A stretch of DNA of 64,000 nt from Balanoglossus misakiensis (lineage: Eukaryota; Animalia; Hemichordata). This document shows positions 1-11,500 of the stretch, one piece after another. The stretch is taken from the NCBI GenBank assembly GCA_040954595.2, contig CM082584.2, positions 13,447,337 to 13,511,336 of the forward strand, given 5' to 3'. The position numbers and the translations under genes were made by a program. Positions within the stretch are counted from its first letter, which is position 1, and each line of letters begins with the position of its first letter. The notes below the pieces were generated by a model, which made no database searches, had not been told where the DNA came from, and worked only from the letters and a program-made list of their open reading frames with translations.

Positions 1-447
1 GTGATGATATAACATCAAGACGTAATACTTCGCCGGAGTCGTGACACACGAAATCCCATGCGCGTGTCTAGTGGCAAGTCTGTCATAGTAGGCGGCAAAA
101 CCTCGGAATGGATCCTCTAAAACCTACAAGAGGCGAACCAAGGCCGCTTTAACTTGATATTTTATTTGAGAGAGGACCATCGGAGATACCGGGGGCATTA
201 ATAATTCAAACCAGCTTCCTAGCCGACGTCATTCTGGACACTGCAACACTTCCGCTTCAAATCACGACTCACAGTGAACGCGACCCATGAAAATGTATGC
301 CTTTCAAATACAAACAGGTGTAAATCTGTACGTTTTGAAGGGTTGACATCGTTGTAATTACGGAACGGCTGTACAAATTGTCTTCGAACGTTTTAATGTA
401 CAGGCAGCGAACGGAAAAATAAAACATTCATTCCTCCTTCTGCCTGA

Positions 448-461
448 GTTTCCATGGCAAC
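448..461. promoter_or_regulatory. RFX X-box-like motif GTTTCCATGGCAAC
   Basis: Matches the X-box consensus GTTNCCATGGNAAC, in a CpG-containing region about 1 kb upstream of POLE4. Target gene unknown. Confidence 0.35.
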
Positions 462-1460
462 TGCGCGCTACTCCAAGATAGTCTATCGTTTCGTCTCGAA
501 TGACAATTAAGAAATAAAAAGCAGTTGTGACGTTGAAGTTTCTAAGCGACGCAAGCAATTAGAAGAAATGTTCCTGACGGATGCATCTGTGAATTGTGAT
601 TGGACTTTGTTTTGACTTAATGCATACACCCGATGCAGTCAATTAAGTCACGCCAAATCCCGTGAGAGCATCTCGTTAACGACCACAGGTGATGTGCTTT
701 GAAGTGGACTGCATCAAAACGACTCCTTAGATAGCCCAAGGTGTGAGTTCAAAGTATTGATTTTGACGGAGTTTTTATCACAGACACTAAAGTCTTCGGA
801 ATATCTTCAATTGAGGAATTTCGAGGTACAAGAAGTATAGTTGAGGAGTTTGTGATGTTGAGTATCTACAGCTGCTATACGGAGATTCTCCCAAGGAGAA
901 TGGATTGAAAATTAGCTGCTTTACCGTGCATTCTCAAAGCGACCGCGAAAGAGAAACAAGAACCCGAAGCCGCAATGAGCATGTTCGGCAATAATGCGAC
1001 AAAAAGTGCTGTGAACTCGTCGCGGCGTAGCCTCAATATCCTGTCGCATTGCAAACTGTTTAATGGCGTGAGTGAAACAGGCTAGCTTCCGTACTTTTTA
1101 TCCAATCTCCAATTCTTACAATATCCCCTCCTCACACACCGCAACCTGTCAACTTTGCGCACGCTACACTACATTCGGGTACCCTTTTGATTCAGTGGCC
1201 ATGGCTTCTCAGGGGAAATTGTGCTCGTGTTTCCCTGCGTTTCCCCAAAATCAAGGATATGGAGCATCGGTGAGGCGAGAAAACTTGAGTTGAGTTGACA
1301 CTCGAAGTTAGTTTTCCCTCCCTCCGTCCAGGCCTGCCCTCGCCCCTTCCTTTTGAAGAACGCCCCCAATGGCCAAACTTATTAGCAGCGGGTCAACACT
1401 GGGTCAAAGAGGGTTCATGAGGTCACAGTATACTCAACAAACAAACACACACAAATCAAA

Positions 1461-2385
1461 ATGGCGGACGAAGAACCGCGCGAAATAGAAATCGAGGACT
1501 CCACGCAAAACACAGAGGAAAAGAAGCAGGCCAGTGAGAAACCACGGAAAGTCCCGGGCGAAGAAACAGTCAGACTTACGAAATTTCCACTGACAAGAAT
1601 AAAACATATGATGAAAATGGACCCGGACGTCACGCTAGCAAGTCAGGAGTCAGTGTATTTGATCTCAAAAGCAACGGTATGTACATTGTACGTCGGTAGG
1701 GGTTAATGTGGTACATGTACCTCCAATCTCCATGGCCTATGGCTTAGGGAACGTCTTGGAGTCGCTAAAATACATGTAATTGAGAAAGTATATGTGTTGC
1801 ATTTCAGGAGATGTTTGTACAGCACCTGTCACAGTATTCTTACAAATATACATCACAAAGTAAGAGGAAAACGATACAGAGAAAGGATGTAGGTAAGTCC
1901 CCCCCCCCCCGAACTGTTGTGCATTACACAGAAGTGCAGAAATGGGTTACAATACATATAGTTGAAGTGAACTGCATAATATGGTTACCATGGTCACATG
2001 TAAACAGTTCAAGTAAACTAATGCCATTTTTTCTGTATTTCTGCCTATTGTAGAAAGTGTAAAAATGTAGCATCAAACATTTCTCATTTTTCCTTATTTC
2101 TCCCTTATATGTCTTTCAGATTCCTCAGTGCAGGCGTTGGATGAATTTGCATTTCTTGAAGGTGAGTTGAGATAAATCTGACAACGTTTCAATACATTAT
2201 GTTTTTTTGTTTCTCGCATGTCTGATAACACGATGGGTCAGCTGTTCTTTCAGAGTCCATCCAATGCCTGGTAGGATGAGAATACAACCACTACTTTTCA
2301 GGACAGTAGCTGTAATCTTGATATGTTATGCTTTGTGTCAACTAGTTTCTTTATTTTTTCCCCTGTAGGTACCTTCGATTACTGA
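1461..2385 (+). CDS. POLE4: DNA polymerase epsilon subunit 4 (histone-fold protein), 4 exons
   Basis: Exons 1461-1676, 1808-1892, 2120-2161, 2369-2385 with GT-AG boundaries in consistent phase. Translation has FPLTRIKHMMKMDPDVTLASQESVYLISKATEMFV...KRKTIQRKDVD...DEFAFLEGTFDY*, the POLE4/Dpb3-type histone-fold signature. Confidence 0.92.
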
Positions 2386-3251
2386 CACAGTGACTGATGA
2401 CATGAAGAACACTCCCAAATTTAGACAGTATCATTAATTTAGATTATGTGAGCAGTGTGGGAGCACAGCAACCAATTGGGACTAATTTCTCTCACCTGGG
2501 AGTGGCTATTTTGCAACTTCAGTTTTAGAGTTCTGTAAATCATGAGAGGAAATTCTTTTTGCAGAATTCGGTAAAAATCTGTCCTGAAGGTTGTTTCAGG
2601 TTGAAAAGGTGTTTGGTTTCTGGAGGAGCCAACAGCTTTAAAAGTCGAGTTGTATTTGTATTTTATTATTCTAAGTCAATGCACCCATAAATTGATTTTC
2701 ATTCACTGAATTGTCAAACAAGACTTTGCAGTATTGGTGAATAAAAATAGGATAAGTTTATTGTATTAACTAGTATCATTGTTCCTCAGCATGTTATAAT
2801 ATCTACATTTTCATATGAAGTGCACGTTGTTGGTAGCCTAATTTAGGGGTGCACCCAAGGTCAGCGCCCTCAGGTCGCTCTTGGTGGCGCTGGTTAAATT
2901 CCAGTGCTCATGGCAACCCCGAACAGAAGCGTTCGTATTCCAACGCGCCTGCTTTTCCATCGCGTCTTTTTCGAGCCATGCAGCTTGTTTATTGTGTGTG
3001 AAATTGTTTAATTGTTGAGTCTAAGTTTAAAAAAAACAATATTAATATACTATGATTTTGACTAGTCGGAGAAAATGGTAAGCGCGTCGAAAATGATGAG
3101 GAAGGGTGTTGTCATTTATCGTCCGCGTCGAGGCGTGGCACGCAGTCGATCATGTTCGATGGAAGTACATGTATAGAACGCTTCAGACAAACACAAACAC
3201 GAATGACGCGTGTTCTCTAGGCATCACTGCTAGTGACACTTGCATCGAGAT

Positions 3252-3767
3252 ATGGATATCACAGTCAAATATTCGCACTACCTCAACGCTGTGACCAAAT
3301 TTATGAACGATCGCCTTCAGGATCTGCAAGGGACCTTCAAAGTCACGGACAGCAAATTTTTGGAGCTGGAGAATTCAACTTCGATGGGAGGTGGTGGTGG
3401 CGTCGACGCCGTCATAAATGGGTATGACAAGTTCAAGGCGAAAATCTCCGACTTGAAGAAGCAAGTGAAAGAATGCAAAGTCTTGGAAGACGTTGTCCAG
3501 AAGATGGAAAGGCTGGACGAGGAAGTCCAGGCGCTCAAAGAGCAGAAAAGTGCGACCAGACGAGAAATGTCGCAGGCGGAGAGGAAGATGGAGAAAATGA
3601 TATCAGAAGTAAAAGAGTGTCGATATTTGAATAAGTTGTTGATGAAACTGGAACAGGACGAAGCAAAGCTGTGGTACTCATTTGTTGGGGTTGAGGAGGA
3701 AACCATGGAAACCGAGATTGGAGACACACAGGACGCCGAAGATCTCAAATTCACCGTTGAATGCTGA
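3252..3767 (+). CDS. Uncharacterised coiled-coil protein (171 aa, single coding exon)
   Basis: First in-frame ATG at 3252 (in-frame TAG at 3231). Long ORF with coding-like composition and E/K/L/M heptad pattern, containing two similar segments (VKECKVLEDVVQKMERLDEE / VKECRYLNKLLMKLEQDEAK). A probable 5'UTR intron lies at 3078-3220 (GTAAG...CTAG). Confidence 0.6.
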   Translation: MDITVKYSHYLNAVTKFMNDRLQDLQGTFKVTDSKFLELENSTSMGGGGGVDAVINGYDKFKAKISDLKKQVKECKVLEDVVQKMERLDEEVQALKEQKSATRREMSQAERKMEKMISEVKECRYLNKLLMKLEQDEAKLWYSFVGVEEETMETEIGDTQDAEDLKFTVEC

Positions 3768-4893
3768 CGTCATCGACTCCAAGATGTGATTGGCGTCTAA
3801 CAAAACTTTCTTCGATGAGGCTGGACGCGTATGGGAAATGCGTGCCATTAGGCCCCATTCAGAACTAAAATTCTATTGGAGAGTTATTCTTATTTTTACT
3901 TTAATATCACCTCAATATATAGCAAAAAAAAGGACAATTAGTTAAAGACATGTTCATGTTCAAGCAGACCTGATCAGACCTTTGTACCCCCACTATCTTG
4001 TTGGTGGAGTGAAATTAATAATAAATTTCACGGTTTAATATCTTTCTTCTATAAAATTGACTCGCTTTCTTTTGACGCAGCGATGATCTGATCCTACAGT
4101 ATTCGCGTGAGATTCTCCTTCAAAAAAGTCTTCCTTCTGAGCCAACGCGGAACGCCAAATAAACTTTCTGGCAAGAGAATTATCCATTAGGAGTATAGGG
4201 TTGACGCAAAGATCTAGCAAAACACATCATTTTTTCTCAGTTAAAGTGACAAATGTTAATTTTAGACAAGGGACTCTTCCAACTTATGACTTCTCATAAC
4301 CCAATGCCAAAATCTTCAATTATCATCCAAAAGGCAGTGAAATTGTATTTCGAACGATTTGAGCTGGAAAAGAGCTTGCTCCCGTTGCTATGGGTTATTA
4401 TTTCAATGTGACTCAAATTCCTGTTCTAAAAGGCACATGATGTGATTCCTATGATCAACGAAAGTCTGTTTTCGTTGTCTTTTTTTCCGATTAACATTGG
4501 CCTAAACTTTAGCTTTATGTTGGATGACCGGTACATTACATCCACACCATAACGTCCATCCCCAGTCGAATGATGGCGTTATCTCACCAACAAAGTTGCA
4601 ATCTGACACCATGTCCGTTGCCAGGCGTGACACGAACACACGTTGCAGGGCCCATCGCCATCTGCTGCTGTGCTGTTGTGAAAATTATGCACTTTCACTC
4701 AAAATAGCCTGTTCATATTTTGCAGTAAAATGGCTCATTTTTGCGCGCGTTCTGCATCCGAAGATGATGGAGGAGAACAGCGTTTTGACGAAAGATGAAG
4801 AAGTTCTTAGTTCTCGTGAAATAACCGCGAAGTACACGTCCCTTGAGAGATGCAGTTCAACAACACTTCCGTCATGCGGAAATATCTAAAACG

Positions 4894-7800
4894 ATGGCGG
4901 TAATTTTGATTCGCCACGTTTGCAGTTTCCATCGCATCATCGTCGTCTGCTTCCTGCTGCTCAATGTTTTCCTATGTCGGTGCAATCTTAACAGTCCGTG
5001 CGAGGAAGACAGAAATGGGGTGATAGTTTACAACGCCTGTATGAGTCGGATGACATCGCTTAGTAACCTAGCCGCCGACATCACCGTGAGAGTTGACCCC
5101 GAGGATGCAACTTGTGGCATTTCATCATCAACAACGACGTGGTGTTCAATGGTGAGTTTTCCTGTTTTACATTACAAGTTACTACATTATTTTTTACGGA
5201 GGCTGGTTCGTTACACTTGTTAGGATCTTGTCGCTGACTTAATTTGCTTGTTTATAGTATACCGTTATATTTATTCGGAATATTATGATTCGGAAAATGA
5301 TGACCCGTATATTTTTTGAGGTCACCATGATTGTACAGATACGTACGTGTGTATTTGCTCTCTCGTGTTACGTGATCATGAATACACAGTGAGGTAAAAC
5401 TCGCATATGAAACTCGGGCTAAAAAAAGCCCAGTATATAAGTCGGTCAAACGAACAACCGGAATACGTGGCAAGGTTTAATTAATTTTAGCTAGTTATTC
5501 TAGTAGTAATTTATAAATTATAGGTTTTCTTTGGGAGCACTGCATCTCTGCATGTAGAGCCGACAGGTAGAGCTGACAGGGAGGCTTATGAGGTCTGAAA
5601 ACATAACAAATAGCTGCCAGCAGGCAGCCAGACTGTTTTCGTTCTGCGTCATTCAGATTTCATACATTTTTGTTCACATTTTAAGCCCTTTAAACCACAC
5701 ACAGATTGCAAATCTGCAGCTGTTGACTCATTTAACCATATTTTGTATAAACTGTTATTTTGTGTACAACAATGCTGAGACGCATCCAATATGACAGTAG
5801 ATTTATCAACATGTAAAGTCACACTTTTGTTGTTTATATTCACATGATAATAATTAAATATTAAAGACTCTTTAATATTTAATTATTATCATGTGAATAT
5901 AAACAAAGACATAGTTGTGTTCAACTTATTGTGAAAATGAAAATGACAGTTTTTGGCCTGAAGTACATGCAGCTGTTCATAGGATGGCATTGACCATTGC
6001 ATGAACTCATGGTGCAGAAAAATCAAACTGATGAGTAATCCTGGCATTAAATGACAATTTGTTCACACAATAATAGAAGTGGCAAAGACCTTTTGCAGCT
6101 GGTGTGGTTTATTTGGCTGGGCATGAACTGGCAACGGTCATGATCATGATATTGCAGTCACTGGTATGTTTCATCAGTGACAATTTCCTGTTTTTCTGAA
6201 TTCTCATTTCTCTTGTCTCATTTCCTGGGTCATTGGGAAGTGCACCTTCAGGCTTCAAGGCAATTGGAGCATGTGTGTTTATATTAATTTGTGAATGGAT
6301 ATATTATTAAATCAGGAGGTTATGTCATATCCAGTTGGTGACTGTTATTTGATTTGGAGAGGGACAGCGTCATAGAAATTTTATGAAAGGATCATTCCCA
6401 TTCATCTCTACTGTTTACTGTGATGTAAACATTTAGACACAATCTAATTATTATATCAGTGGCTGGCAGCTTTTTGACTGGCCTGTTTTTTAAGAATTTG
6501 CTAAAACTAGTTGATGGATTTGTTAATTGTGGATGAAATCTCAGGTAAACTGACTGGCAAAGATAATTGCAAGGCTGTGCTAGTGATTTTTGAGGGACAA
6601 CATTGCCATGGAACTCATGGATCGGACAAAATATGTACCTGTATTTTTAACTTATTTAGCATGTAACTGATGACCGCACAACAAATAATTACTGGTATCA
6701 TTCTTCAACTGAATTGATATGAACAATTAATGAAATAAACTGGCGAAATTAACAAGGGAATAATGACAGAAAATAGACGTGTATCGTTGGTTTGATAGTT
6801 AACTGCTGTGTTACATATTGTGGACTATCTGACAATTGATATTAAAACTGTTTGTCAGCTTACTATTCACAGTGCAAGAGGTTGTCTAAAAAGTTGTGAT
6901 ACTAATGGACGTTAATGGATCCACCCGATGTGTATCTGACTCATTGTCCCGTGATACACTTAGTATTGTCAGTTGTGTATTGTCCTACCAGCATGATGTC
7001 TGGTCACAACTGTTGTGATGGCCGCGGCCATGGTGGTGGCTGAATGGCACATCAATTCAGCTTGCTGGGCGACACACTGGCACATTCCATTATTCTAACA
7101 GGTGGTATTAAAGCTGTGTCTGGTCCCAGGATTGGATTAATTGTTAAAGAATTAGTGGTTGCATCAACTGTTACAATATCACACTGCTGACACACTGCAT
7201 GTATTGGCATTTAATGAACAATTTTCTGAACTGTTTGTTTGCTGTGTGAACCTGTACAAATTTACTGATTGATTGATTGATTGATGGAGAAAATTTTTAT
7301 TCTGCTGAAGTGATAGTCCTGCATGTAATTCAATACACTATTATTTAACTCTTTGTTTTAACTTCACTTGGAAAAAAACATGTCAGTGGTCACTGGGAAG
7401 TACTTTCAATGTAAAAATTTACAGCAACTCTTTCAACTAATTTTCTATTTTCCTCCTTTCTGCAGTTGTCTGCCACTTCCGAGTGTTATGTGTGTGCATC
7501 AGATGTGCCAGCTTATGCCCATCCTCCCCATCTCGTCATCGACCAAGAGCAGGAAGGGAGTCCGCCAACATTCTGGCAGTCGGTCACCTGGAACAACTAT
7601 CCCACTCCACTGGAAATCTCCCTCACTGTGTCCCTGGGAATCCAGTACGAACTCCATGATGATATCAAAATAACATTCCAGTCTGGACTTCCCAGGAAGA
7701 TGATCCTGGAAAAATCCTTGGATCACGGAGTGACTTGGAACACCCTACAGTACTACGCTACAGACTGCGAATCTGACTTCAACATGACTGCAGGTGTTAA

Positions 7801-8457
7801 TATAACCTCTCCGAGCCAAGTTGTCTGTACAGAAAGATATAGCCCTCTATTGATATCAAACTTTGGAGACAATGTTGAGTTCTCTATAAACGATCGATTT
7901 GCTCTCCTGGCTGGACCAGACAGCAACAATCTAGGCAATGTCTACTACCAACTAGAGACGAACAAAAGTTTCAGTGATTTCATTACATTGACAGATCTAC
8001 GCTTAAGACTCTTAACACCAGCGTATCGCACTGATGTCACTGACATACAGTCGCTAAATCAATATTATTATGCTATTTCCAACATAGCAATGCAGCTGAG
8101 GTGAGTATGTCCTTAATTCATGTCCAAACAAAAGATTTACAAACTAAATCTGTGGTGGCAGTCTCCACGGTGGCACGATTTGGCAAAAACCTCGAAAAAA
8201 GTAAAATAAACATGGTTGTGGCAATATCCTTGTTAATTTCAGGTGCAAATGTAACTTACATGGACAATATTGTCAAAATGTTGATGGTGAGATGACTTGT
8301 GTCTGCAAACACAACACTGAAGGAAGGCAGTGTGAACGGTGTCATCCAGATTATATGGTGGTACCATGGCAACCAGGCTCCTACTTACCTTATCCAGATG
8401 GCACAGTGAATGAATGTAAAAGTAAGTCATGCATCATCATCGTCATCCTCATCCTCC

Positions 8458-8502
<45 letters not shown>

Positions 8503-11500
8503 ACTCACTGGCTCATATACCGTAGGGGGAGCCCTTCTAAAGTTTAAAAAAAAATGTCATGGGCTGGTACAAATACACCATACCCTCCTATGAAGCCAGC
8601 TATTGGATGAGAGTCTGTGTATAATAAGCAATTCATTTGTGTGCTATTTTCTAACACGACTGGCATTTTCCATTTTGGGGTTCCACTACAAAATTGTTAG
8701 TAAATGAATTGGATTGAAATTATGAATTGTCATGCATGCTCTTGCTTGCATGGGCACTTCATTATTTGCATGAACCATGAACTCTAGTTGCACTTGAGTG
8801 AATGGATGACTGTGTGTGTACATTAGGTGCATGCTTGCTGATGCATAGGCAGGCATGATCACAGAATATAAATGAAATATAAATGAATAGAGTTTACTGC
8901 AGTACAGTGCACTTTGCTCTGCTATTCCTACTGACGTCTGTTGAATGAAATATGTTCTGTGCTTCTGTGGACAGCAGATGCTCGATAACATAGCATGTGA
9001 TATTGGCTCAAACAAATACAAGCCAAAATGACTAAGCATGATTTTTGGATTTTACTGTGGCTTGTGAATTTCGTTTACCCTGATATGTTCATTTGTGCAA
9101 TTAAGATACTCTAGAGTCCAATAAATGGTTCAAAACTCCCATACAACATTTATAAACTGTCGCATATTAATGAAGTTTTTGTGTTTGAAAATTAATATTC
9201 ATGGCCATCATATCTACGGCTTCTGAGAATGTTACCTTTAACATTTTCCAACATGACACACTTGTTCGTACATCCACAGATGTTCATATCTTACCATAAG
9301 GATTGTATTTTTATTTCCATATTTTCTTTCCATTAATGTGTCATGAGGTGATCTGACAATATAGCATCATTTTAATGACATATGTCCTTATACAGGCTGA
9401 AATTACCTCTGTAATTCAGTTCATCTTCTGCCGGCCATCATCTGTCAAACACTACCTTACAGTGTGAAATCATTCCAGCATAATCTTTGACACTAGTATG
9501 TGGTCCCTCCAGTCATTCACCTATGAATAACTCTTCTTCACTTCTGTGCTCAAGCTCCCCGTTCCAGTCATACTGACAATCACAGTCAGTCCTCTTCCAG
9601 CTATAACTCCCTCATATCTTACCTCCATCCCCGTTCTCCCCAAACCCCACATCATACCTGTCATCAAAGTCCCATGACCACCTCTCCCCATTGCACCTTC
9701 CACTAAACTTTGCCACCTTTTTTCTACGGTAGGGTCTTTGTGTCTGTGCTTAAATTAATACTGTATCGCACAGAATAGACTGACTGTGATTTGCAATCCT
9801 CAATCCGGAGTCTTAGCATTATATTTTCCATGTCAATTTCATAAGTTGGCTGTCAATAGTAGATAATTTAATTAAACTCATGTCAAATTACTGTCACTGT
9901 GTTGAACAAACACACAAAGCTAATCACTGGAAAGTGATTGACACTTTCTATTAATGACTATTAGGATTAATCCTTTGTTATTCTTTGATCACTTTATATT
10001 CTGTGCAGGACATTTGCACATGCAGTCTGAATTTCTTTAAATGGATCTGTGAACCAATCCTTGCATTAAGTAATTAAAACACATTTTATTAAGGTGTGAG
10101 CCAGAATGTGAGACTAATTTATGATTGTGAAGTTTACCCTATATGTTCCTAATGAAATCTGGAGAAACTCGCAGTTCATGGCCGCAAATGCGTACAAAAT
10201 GTTGCTTTGACGTCAGTATGTACGTATGCTGCATGAATGATGAGTAATCCTGCGCATGTGTGGGATTTAAAATAGCATTATGTTAAAGAGATGCTTCTTT
10301 TGTCATTCAGATACGAACGCGCGTTGTTATGCAAATGAACCGTCATTAATAAGAGAGAGTGGGCAACAATAGGTCACCTTTGTATCGGCTTGCAAATGAG
10401 GGTGGTTTGTGGATAGAATTCAAATTAAGTACGCCATGAATCAGTTGTTTACATGGACCTCGTCGAGTGTGGTTTGCAAGTCGTGTCCGAAATGGAGTAG
10501 CCAATGACATATCTCGCTCAAGTCTGGCCATTGCCTGTGACCTTCCTAGGATCGGTTCAAGTCATGTTATGGCGGTAACACCCCGTAGTGGTCTGTGAGA
10601 ACACCGACTTTTCCTATAGATGTATAGTTTCAGTATATTCCGCATGTGTGATGAAGCCTGTGGTCACTCGTGAATCCAATATGACGTTGTACATGATTGG
10701 TGTCCTGTTGCTGTTGGTGGTACCTCCCAACAACTCCCAGAATTTAACCAACGGTATGTGGCAGGTGTTTCTATTTATTTTCAAACTATCAGCTTCTGTG
10801 TGTTGGCTGTAGATAGGGGCGTCATGATCCAAAACAATTAACAAGTGAAAATGGCTCTTATATTGTATATATACCCCAAGTAAGATGTACAAGCAAGTAC
10901 AATTTTTACCGGTTTTGGGAATTGTCGTTTGGGTGTATGGACTAAGCCCTTACGTCAGTAAGTATCCACAGCATAGATCAACTATAGGACTCTGTAACTT
11001 CTTCAGTAGCTATTCTATACATCAAGCAACAGTTCAATACAAATATAGCTCACAGCAGATAACATTTGCTTTGAGACAGCTTACATCCCTCCGTAAGCAC
11101 ACATACACTTAATATATGTACATATACGTGTTCATGCCGTCGTAGTCTCATTCATTATTTCAGCAGGAAGTTAAGCGGTCTAGAGATCTGATGCTCAGGC
11201 AGGAAACTGAACATTCAGGTTTTAGACAGTTAATTACATTCTAATTTTGCCCCAAATGTGGTCATTAAAAATAAAAACCATTTTGTAATAAGCAAAGGTC
11301 ATAGTATGCCAGTATAAATGTCTCTGGATAAATTCCAATCAACGTACTGTGTTATCCAAGGGGTTTTAATTTTTATTTCAAGGTTAAATGAAATTTCGCT
11401 AATGGGTGAATTGTCTGGTTTGATCTTTGTTCGTTAATGCTGAACTGAGGTCATATTATATGTTTAATTGTTTCAGTGTAGAGAACACGCATATTGAGAG

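Noticed and set aside
1-1400. Possible gene or exon upstream of POLE4
   Set aside because: Only short ORFs with no recognisable motifs; may be promoter or UTR of a gene outside the window.
3317-3754. 145-aa Ser-rich minus-strand ORF, and similar antisense ORFs over other exons
   Set aside because: These are antisense shadows of real plus-strand coding sequence.
9440-9720. Possible miRNA hairpin or extra Pro/Ser-rich exon in receptor intron 3
   Set aside because: I could not match a known mature miRNA or find a convincing stem, and I saw no convincing in-frame, splice-bounded exon.
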